Source: Eremomyces bilateralis CBS 781.70 (taxonomy: Eukaryota). Taken from it: DNA of 64,000 nt. The DNA is taken from NCBI GenBank assembly GCA_010015585.1, contig ML975149.1. One strand, given 5' to 3'. The position numbers and the translations under genes were made by a program. A model generated the notes under the pieces. That model was not told the origin of the DNA. It worked only from the letters and a program-made list of their open reading frames with translations, and did not search any database. Below are positions 11,995 to 21,102 of this stretch, piece after piece; position 1 is the stretch's first letter; every line of letters starts with the position of its first letter.

Positions 11995-13768
11995 CTAAAT
12001 GTACTCATAGCTTCGGCACAGCTGTCTCAACTTTTTCACCGCAAATCTTTGTTTCCCCAAAGAGATGTCATCATCGCCATCTTGTCGACCATCGATGTCT
12101 TTATGTTCGCCAGAGACATTCAACAAATGTCTAATTATCTCTAGGAATGACGAGCCTGCGGCATGTCTCACTCTTGGCAGATTTCCAGACCTGTCAAACG
12201 CGTCGACAAGAGATGGGACGTCCACATATTGGCCTGCCGATTCTACGATCTTTACCGAAGCCGTCCATGAAGTCAAGTCATCGAAAAGAGCATTCTCAAG
12301 CGTTTCCCAAGTTGCGAGTTCCCACAGCACGCATGCCAAGCCGTACAAGTCAAAAGTCTTCCGAAATGTTATGCGTGCCGCTCTCTTGCCTGCGGATGCC
12401 GGTAGATGTCATGGCTGAGGTCTGAACTTGGTAACTCTGTCATCTTTACCCCGTCGGGGCCATCTGGTCTTGCATATCCGTATCCCACAAGATAAGATGC
12501 AGCATCGAAGACCTCGGAGGTTGAGCCATTGGTTGTCATAAAGACGACGTTTTCAGATCGGATGGCCTTGTGCAACCAGCCAGCAGTGTGGAGCTGGAGC
12601 ACTGCCTCCGCAAGTTCGAAGGCAACTCTATATCTGAATTCCAGCGGAACGTCGCCAAATTCGACCATCAGCTCTCGAAGAGTGAGCAGCTTCCAGGAAG
12701 TTGACGGCAGCGATCTCAGCGAGATCGGTGGTTCATAAACCAAGCCGAAGCACCCGAATTCTTTCCATAGCATGTATCCACAGCAACGGAAACCATGAAA
12801 TGAGTGATCATCCATCCCTTCTAGAAGCAAAGCCAAGCACTGGATTTGCCCCTCAAGGACCTCAAATTGCATTGAATCCGCAGTTCTCCATCCGATCAAG
12901 GAGACATTCTTCATGTACGCAGCGATCTCTATTCCTGCCTTTGGCAGTACTTCTGCCCGAAACCCCGAATACAGCTCAGGCTTCAGCCTGTGCACGAAAG
13001 TTGTGCCTGACTTCAACATCGAAGGGGTCTTGTCCGCAATTTCATCTGGGCGTTTATCGCATCCAGCTATAAGTCGAATGTGTTTGAGCGTCGCTGCTGC
13101 TGTCATGACAGTATTGCTGGCCCCTCCTTCGTTAGTTAGAATCCGCTGAAGCATCTCGACTTCAGAGGGTTCGTGGACCGAGAGATTAGATCTCGCAATA
13201 GTGCCTCTCGTGTTTCCTAGATGAGCTCCCGATCGGCCGAGTCGAGAAGCGCCTCCAGTCTCGAGTTGAGGTCTCTGATTGCTTCGATGACAGCCTTCAC
13301 GCGATATTTCCCTATAGCTGCCCATTTCAAACGTGTAACAACTCCTCGCTGGCCGCTCTGACGACTGGATGTTGTATACTCGGGCTTTAGCTTCATCATA
13401 AGAGTGCTAAATTTCGATTCTGGCTTCGACATTCCATTATCATCCATACGGACCTCCTCTTCCGGAATGTCCAGATTGTATTCCCGTTTCAACTTTTGTG
13501 CGGACGTCAAAAGCGCTTTTTGTTCCGTGAGTATTGACGAAGTGATTTCCCAGTTAAGTCTATCATTTGGAGCCGCGGAGTTGGCCAAGCCTGTCCTTTT
13601 CTCCCATTCCTCAAGGCGAAATTGCTCCCACTGCAGCTTCGAAATGATGTGCTCGCTGTCTTTTGCCATTGTTCTTGCGGTGTAGAAGAGTTGGTATGCT
13701 TCGATGCATCCGTTGAATGTGTGCATTGCAAGACCAACTGCCGAAAGGGCCATTTCAACGCCTGCCAT
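11995..13768 (-). pseudogene. HeLo (prion-inhibition/HET-S N-terminal) domain plus kinase-like pseudokinase protein, disrupted
   Basis: The N-terminus MAGVEMALSAVGLAMHTFNGCIEAYQLF...KLQWEQFRLEEW...RLKWA...IRDLNSRLEALL is HeLo-like. The C-terminal kinase fold has RYRVAFELAEAVLQLHTAGWLHKAIRSENV, YLVGYGYARP, YRHP and DLYGLACVLWELATW. Lesions: in-frame TAG at 13217-13219 and apparent 1-bp deletions near 13168 and 12383. Confidence 0.85.
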
Positions 13769-13944
13769 TTTGGACGCGGTTGCGGGTTGGCGTGGAAAAA
13801 TTGAAAAATGTCTTATGGGACAAAGATGATTGAGATAATGGTGATATGAGATTTGGGTACGGGATATCGAGTATCAGAAGACTCGTTTACAAAGCGTAGA
13901 GGGCAAGTCTATACTCTCTATTACGCAAGGCTCCGGGGCTGTAT

Positions 13945-16900
13945 ATGCAATCATTGTCTCCGAGCGCTCCCATGGGCCTCTGCCATTCTGTTGGTGTCAT
14001 GGAATTGATACCGGAAGTTCAGCCTTGCATCCCAACTCTAGTCTCTGCCCATTTCATGCACCCCATCTTTGCCAATCTTTCCATTTGTTATATCTACTGC
14101 AGCATGCATGCGTCTATTTGCGCAGAGGTGCTTTGTGCCGCGACCCAAGATGGCATTTTGAGTGCCGACGCAAGGCTCGAATTCTCATCACGTGGTCGAG
14201 CCTTCCGGTATACTTACTCCATCCTGCGCCACCTCGGAGTTTTGCATTTGATGGAGCGCTTCATTGCTCTAGAATTGACAGATTTCCATATCCCGTTCGA
14301 CGAGAATACTCTTCCTGACTTGATTCCGGGACCCCTCCGAGCCCCGTTTCTTCACTGTCAAGGGTATGTTTACTCCGAAAAGCATGATGAGACACATCAA
14401 CTTGAAGACGGCGGCGAACACACCAATCTAGATGACGGAGACGGGTATTTCCATTCTGTTGGCATTTTTGGAAGTGGTGGCTTTGGGTGAGTGTAACAAG
14501 GCACTACTACACTGTACACTTCAGCTAATCCTTTAGGTCTGTCGACCGAGTGTGGAGCAAATCGAGCTTGAAAGAGTTTGCTCGAAAGCGGACTCGACGA
14601 GGTCGGGACAAGAACTCAGTCCTCAGAGAGAAGGCAATATGTCAGGAGATTCGAGAGCTCAAGAAACTTTCCCATGAGCACCTGGTGAAGATTTGCGGGT
14701 CCTATTCAGACAGGCGCTACATTGCTTTCATTATGCAACCGGCCGCGGATACTAATTTGGTCGATTTTCTTCAGCAATGTACTCCAGCGGAATATCCTAC
14801 ACTATCTCGATTATTCGGGTGCCTCACAAGTGCCATCCATTACCTGCATGGGAAGTATGTCCGGCATCGCGATATATTCTCCCAGAACGTACTCGTTCAT
14901 AATGGAGAGGTGAAGTTAACCGACTTTGGCAACTCCTACAACTGGTCGACGAGCAACAAGAGGACAACCCGCGACAGGATCCCCATAAATGAGGAATATG
15001 CAGCCCCTGAGGTTGCGCGGGGAATTCTAAAGAACGAATACTCAGATCTTTGGTCCTTGGGGGTGGTGTTCCTTGAAATGGCAACAACGCTACTTGGAAA
15101 AACGAAGGCGGAATTTGACGAGTTTCTACGAGATTACGCCATTAACAAGCGCTCCGATGGTCAATATCTCTGGGCCAATATAGGAGCAGTCCCAATTTGG
15201 TCGGAGAACATTCGAAGTACGAAGAACGACTCATACAATGCACCTCTTCAATGGATTGAGAAGCTGCTGAAAGAAAGCCCACGGAAAAGATTGGATTCAA
15301 AGGCTCTCATGATGGACATCCGACATTCTGGATATATTTGTGACTTTTGTTGTTTGGATTGTAAAGAAACATACGAAGGTGGAGCGTTTGACTACGCAGT
15401 TCCCGGACAGTTTGTGGATGTGGACGTGGGCGAAATTCTTTACCGAACTGAAGCAGTTCAGTACACAACAGCTAGCTACTTCGACGATTTCGATGAGGTC
15501 GATGTATTTCGGGATCCAAGAGATGTCGCCTCTACCGGAAGTGTTGAAGAGTGGCTCACCCAGTTGAGGATTGCGCAGCACCCGAGTAACGATGCACTGC
15601 CAATGCTAGCTATCCCAGAGGACGCCGTGCTTCACGGCTGGGCTCAACATACTCCAGTGGTGAGTCGAATTGAAGAACCAACCTATACTACTGAACGTGT
15701 ACACCGAACTACGATCAAAGACACAGGACGTGGTTTTCTCATCGCCAGCGAAACCGACTCATCTGATGAAAAGGATAGTCTCTGTGACATCACTGAAGCA
15801 GCAGAGGATGAGTGGCCACAGACAAACGGAATTTACAATATACGAGCAGTCTCTAACAATTCTGACACAGAGAGTGCATTGGACAGCGATTCGTGTGTTG
15901 AAGTTCGGACTGATGGGAATGAGCTGACGGCGCCTGCAATAAGTCCAGCCAAGGACACCATTACAGATCTAATCGGAGGACACATCGAGGAGCACTCCCA
16001 CGATACATCGGCAAATACTGAAAAACATCCGGATTCGGGGGCTGCGGCACTAGAAGCTAACAGCCGCACCAAGACCTCTTGTTGTGGAGCAGTGATAGAG
16101 GCAGGGGAAGCCAGTTCGTTGGAAGCGGGAGATCAATCACGCCATACTGCTGAGAGGTCTCATCAACAGCTACGTCGCCAGATTCAAGAGCTCAACCAGA
16201 GACTTCGTGATAACCGAAATCTTGCATCTGCAGATAGGCCAGCCAACGACCAGAGTCTTCCAAGGAAGGCTGACGAGCCCGAACTTGCAGAGCCGCGGGA
16301 TGAGGTTAGACAGGGGGAGAGCACAAATCAAGGAGCAGAAGAATCCTGTATCAAGGAAAAAGTAAATCAGTGTCGGGAAGATGACACAGCGACAAGTTTC
16401 TCAGTCCCAGGACCACGGCATTCAGGCAGGACGTACAAGACTCTGTCAGAGAGGCCACGTCGAAAACTTCCCCCAAAGTTTGATGCCAGCAAGTACATCG
16501 AAGCTGCCACCGTATCCAATTTAACGGTCGCTACCTCTGCGTTAGGCCAAACTGCACGAGTCAAAAGGAATTTCACCTCCTATATGTTGAGAAACCACGA
16601 ACTCTTGGAAGAATTTTGCAGAAAGAGCCAACCTGGATCCGTCAAAGCCCTCATGAAGAGCGGGATCAGACCAGCTAATAGACCCCGGGCTCTCCATTTC
16701 GCCGTGGCTGGTAAAACCAAAGCACATTCTGCCTGTGTCAAGTACATGTTGGAGTACGGCGCCAATGCAAATTACATAGATCGACACGGACTCACTCCCC
16801 TACACTGGGCAATCGACCGAGACCCCTGTGAAGGATATGCTGAAACGATCCATAAGTTGCTCGATGCTAATGCAAATCCCAGCACCAAGGACGGCAATGG

Positions 16901-17483
16901 AGCGACTCCACTGCAAAAGGTGTTTCAAAATGGAGCAAGCGCTCTTTCGAACGCGGAAAAACGGGCTCTAGCCTTCCTCCTCAAGTCAGCAGTAGGAGAT
17001 GGGGTCAATGTTGATCTTCCAATTCCTGGAACCCTTGATACGCCGCTGCACTTGGCTATCCGGCGGAAAGACTACCACGCCACTTCGATGCTCTTGTACA
17101 CAGGTGCCAATGTGAATGCGATCAATTCCTCCGGCATGACACCACTGCTCATTGCTGCCAATCAATGGGGGGGACAACTCACTGCGGAGCAGGAGCTAAT
17201 GCTCACAACGCTGTTAAGCGCAGAGGATATCTCTCTCGATAATAGTGGCGGCGCAAAGGGCCGCACCGCCCTGCTGCAAGCGGTTGCAGTTGGCGCATCT
17301 GCAGCCGTTGAATGGCTCATAAGCGAGAATGCGGATCTCCAACGGAAGGATAAGGATGGCAGTGACGCATTAGCTATTGCTAGAGATTGTTATCCGCGGT
17401 ATTCGGAGGAACAGAAGGCGATACTCAGCCTGCTAGTAGATACACTTCAGGATCGATTATGGTCCTGCCGTCACTATTCCTGA
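13945..17483 (+). CDS. Ser/Thr protein kinase with a long acidic linker and C-terminal ankyrin repeats (start uncertain: 13945 or 14104)
   Basis: GSGGFG, then intron 14487-14536 (GTGAGT..GCTAAT..TAG), then SVDRV..FARK, HRDIFSQN, DFG, YAAPE, DLWSLG. The C-terminus has ankyrin motifs ALHFAV, GLTPLHWA, GATPLQ, DTPLHLA, GMTPLLIA and GRTALLQAV. Confidence 0.85.
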
Positions 17484-18127
17484 TGGCTGAAATGTACTGT
17501 TCGCATTGAAAGGGAGTCCGGATAGAGTGCGCAGGACATGGTTTGATTGACTTCATCCTTACGGTAGTTATTAACACAACAACAAAGACCCAAAAAGGAC
17601 GGTGGTTTGGACATTATTCTAATACGCTATCCATTGAAAGTACTTATAACAGTCGTACTCCGTAAAACGGGACCGGTCATCTCAGTCGGTTATTAGCACT
17701 TCTCGTGACTGGGGGGAACGGCGCACTTTTGCGTCTATTGGACAGGTATAACTATTGAGTTAATAATATTGTACCTAACTTGTACGGTCTTGGTCTTGTT
17801 GAGCACTTCAGAGCAGAAGCGGGCTCTGGGTCATGACATCAATACACCCTATCCAAAAGAATCCTTTATTACAAGCAGCAGGAATCAGGCTTAAACTCGT
17901 ATCCGCTGGCGATAGTAAGGATTACCTAACCTAAGAAGGCAAGCCTGAAAGATCATCCAGTCACACTTGAATTAGCTTGGTCATCAACGTCGTATAGGCG
18001 ATCTATATAAATAAAGTCCACCAGTGGTCGAGGAAGAAATATTTTAGCATACTAGAGCATCCAGGTTTAAAGATCTACAGCATAGTTGGCGACTATTAGA
18101 GCATTGTTTGATTTAAGACTTATCACC

Positions 18128-19012
18128 ATGTCCCACCATCACTACACAGACACACGGCGCTCGTCGTCCAAACCCACTTCCGTACCCCTCGACGCTACCT
18201 ATAGCACCCGCCTACAATCCCTTCACCAGCCCGGAAACCCTTTAATCCTCACCAACATCTACGACCTCTCCTCCCTTAACGCGGTTTTGTCACTCAACAC
18301 TCCCTCCACCACCCCAGTTCAAGCCATCGCAACCGCCAGCTTCGCATTTGCCGCCCAACTAGGCATCCCCGACGAAGCCCTCACCCTCGACCAGAACCTC
18401 GCCGCCACCGCCGCCATCTCCGCCCGCGTTCGCGAAGCCAACCTCCCGCTGACTGTCGACCTCCAAGACGGCTATGGTGAGCGCATCACGGAAGCCGTCC
18501 GACGCGCTGTGGAGCTCGGTGCCGCGGGCGCGAACATCGAGGATAGCATTCCAAGCGCCGGGTTCGGTCGTGGCGTGGAGGGCAGCTTGTATCCGGTGGA
18601 ATTGCAAGTGCAGCGGCTGCGCGGGGCGCGGGAGGCGGCGCGACGGGCGGGGAGTCCGGATTTCGTGATCAATGCGCGGACGGATGTGTTTCGACTGGAC
18701 GAGCCGCCGGAGGAGGCGTTGGAGGAGGCGGTTAGGAGGGGGAAAGCGTATTTGGCAGCGGGGGCGACGACGGTGTTTGTGTGGGGTGGGAGGCGCGGGG
18801 TTCGGACAGACGAGGTGATGACCCTTGTGGATGCGCTGAAGGGGAGGGTGGCTGTGAAGTTGGGGGACGGGCCGAATTCTTTGACGACAAAAGAGTTGGC
18901 GCATATTGGTGTCGCGAGGGTTAGTGTGGGGCCGAGTTTGTGGTTGATGGCGATGAAGGCTGTAACGGAGGGCGCGAGAAGGATCCTGGAGGGGGGGAGA
19001 TTAAGCGGTTGA
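18128..19012 (+). CDS. PEP mutase/isocitrate lyase superfamily protein (carboxyphosphonoenolpyruvate mutase-like)
   Basis: Motifs NIYD..S, IATASFA, PLTVDLQDGYG, GANIED, FVINARTD, YLAAGATTVFVWG and GVARVSVGP; TATA-like TATATAAATA at ~18005. Confidence 0.88.
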   Translation: MSHHHYTDTRRSSSKPTSVPLDATYSTRLQSLHQPGNPLILTNIYDLSSLNAVLSLNTPSTTPVQAIATASFAFAAQLGIPDEALTLDQNLAATAAISARVREANLPLTVDLQDGYGERITEAVRRAVELGAAGANIEDSIPSAGFGRGVEGSLYPVELQVQRLRGAREAARRAGSPDFVINARTDVFRLDEPPEEALEEAVRRGKAYLAAGATTVFVWGGRRGVRTDEVMTLVDALKGRVAVKLGDGPNSLTTKELAHIGVARVSVGPSLWLMAMKAVTEGARRILEGGRLSG

Positions 19013-19238
19013 TGGGAGCAGGGACTCGGAATATCGCGATGGTTATTGCACAGGTGCTCTTGCTTTTTGAGGTGCATTGGAGCTCACCGGGGATGGCCGG
19101 GAGGGTTTGTCGATAGATCATGTCGGTGGACAAGATGCCAATTGCATGTAATGGATCAAAGTGCTGCGTCCGTGGATTTCGACCGTGTTGCTGCCCTCGC
19201 GCCAAATATTCGCAGATAATTGCCATTCGACAATACGA

Positions 19239-20120
19239 TCATTTACTAGCAGATGGCTTTTCGCCGTCACCTGCGTTCTCTTTCCTTCTCTGGACTACAT
19301 CCCAGTTATACACTCGAGCGGTAGCGACCTCCATCGTCTAGATGCGATAAGTCAGCTTGCCTGTTCGGTATATTCAATTGCGGGTTTGGGACAAACCGTT
19401 ATCTGCTCTCGTAAGAAGTCCAAATCCTCCTCGCAGTTCGCCACGGATTGTTTCGCGGTTGCTAGCTTGCTCTCGAGAAGAGAAATTGCCTCGGAAACAG
19501 GGTAGGCAAGCATGACATTGGCCTAACAGTAGTCAGCCAACTATACCGACGCCTATATTTGAAAAGGCATACCCCTAGCCAGATGTATACTTCGTCGGTT
19601 GGCGGAATGTTGGCCTTCGCGAACAAGGTGTCGTTAAGCTCGAATGTCGTCTCTATCGGCTCCGAGTCGGCCTACATTTGCAACTCTTGATCAGCTTGAT
19701 GCTCCCATGAGATGCACCTTTTAACACTTACCCCTCGAGAGCCCAAAAATTGCGCAGCATCCAGAGACTTTTGTATCTCCGGTACCTTGACCTGCAATCC
19801 TGCCAGCCGCCGCTGTGTACTGGATTGCATGAACTGGTACTTCCTGTATCAAACCGAATAAGCTGGCGTAAAGAGTAAATTTCCTGCTCGTCCACGTACG
19901 AGATCATCTCCTGGAAATTCCGGAGCGTCTGCTCCACTTCTGCTCGAGATCGAACATATTCCTCAACATTGTCGACGAACGGTGCGTAAGGGATCCCTCG
20001 AGGGTTGGTGGAGGCATCGCTGGTGCTATAGGAAAGACATGTTTAGTTCAATACGGTTCAAGTATGGGAGTTTTCAAGAAGAGTGAGTGCGTACCTGGAT
20101 CCTTTTGCGACGGTGGCCAT
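19239..20120 (-). CDS. PAC10: Prefoldin subunit 3 (Pac10/Gim2/VBP1), 6 exons
   Basis: Spliced translation MATVAKGSS/TSDASTNPRGIPYAPFVDNVEEYV...FQEMIS/KYQFMQ.../...ETTFELNDTLFAKANIPPTDEVYIWLG/ANVMLAYP...EDLDFLREQIT/TMEVATARVYNWDV. The ORF track misses it because the exons are short. Confidence 0.93.
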
Positions 20121-20420
20121 ATTGGATGCTTGAGGTTGAAGTAATGAAAAAATGCAGCGATGGGATCGGGAATTTCTGATTAGGATGAGAGGTGAAATGT
20201 CAAGTTCGAACCTGGGATGTTGATGTGGTGATAGAATCTGGTAGCTTCCGACCCGCAGTCCCGCACTGATTTGGTATCCACAGCGTTTCCACTTTCGATC
20301 GAGTCTGAATAATTACTCCATATAATTAGATTTAGGGATCTTGACCTTCAAAAGTGCAGGGAAATACCGGGAGTTCTCAAGGTCATTTATTTTCCTTCGA
20401 GGCTTCGCTGTACAGTCGCT

Positions 20421-20421
<1 letters not shown>

Positions 20422-20456
<35 letters not shown>

Positions 20457-20457
20457 G
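20422..20457. repeat. (TTG)12 microsatellite, which is the (CAA)12 3' tail of the LINE fragment
   Basis: Perfect 36-nt trinucleotide run. Confidence 0.95.
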
Positions 20458-20911
20458 ATTCATTTGCCTTGACCTCTCCGTGGGATATGCAGGCTACCAC
20501 TACCATATGGTACTCAGGCCTATCCTTCTTAAGATAATTTACACTGTACTGCTTCTTGCACGAAGTGGTAATCACTATGTCCACGACCCCTCATTTGAGG
20601 CCGCCTTAGAGCCCTCGATGTGAACTTCTTAGATGCTTCCGCAAAAAGTCAAGCACTGCGTCTAAGACATCGCTGTCAACTGCCCATCCCTTGGTTCTTC
20701 CTTAGTCCTAAGGTCTCCCTCCAAGCACTCCGGTGATACTGTTGAAATCGTCTCCTATCTTCTTCCGAAGCTGCTGTGGTAGCTCTCTGAGATTCGGACG
20801 GTCCACTAGGACGTGTACCATTGTCTCTCTTGCCCCGCTTTCAGATTGGTCATCATCTCGAAAGCCGTGGATTTTGGCATGAGATGCAAGCCACGAGTGC
20901 CCTGTTCTGAG
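20422..20911 (-). mobile_element. 5'-truncated, degenerate non-LTR retrotransposon (Tad/I-like LINE) 3' end
   Basis: The minus frame LRTGHSWLASHAKIHGFRDDDQSESGARETMVHVLVDRPNLRELPQQLR...VLGGRP*D*...AVLDF matches the C-terminal LRTGH...C-x-C...ETxxHxLxxC region of LINE ORF2 with the Cys residues decayed. A short 3' UTR and a (CAA)12 tail follow. Confidence 0.75.
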
Positions 20912-21102
20912 CGGAGGGTTGGGAAAGGCACTATTTTTTAAACACTCTCAATAATAGCACCAATCAGGTTTTAAAGCTTTTAGATTTCTAATCAAACATT
21001 ACTCATCGGTTGTCGCCACTCGTGCTATTCATGTAGTATATAAAAGACACGATCTGTACGGTAGGTGGGCGGGGAGGAGGTTAAAGAAAGCTTAAGGAAA
21101 TA

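Noticed and set aside
13217..13219. Premature TAG as a target of sexual-stage A-to-I editing (UAG to UGG)
   Set aside because: Two downstream frameshifts would still break the protein, so editing alone cannot restore it.
13160..13260. An intron that skips the HeLo gene's stop and first frameshift (CTAAT is present)
   Set aside because: There is no convincing GT donor or YAG acceptor, and the segment reads as plausible protein (ALLRDLISRS).
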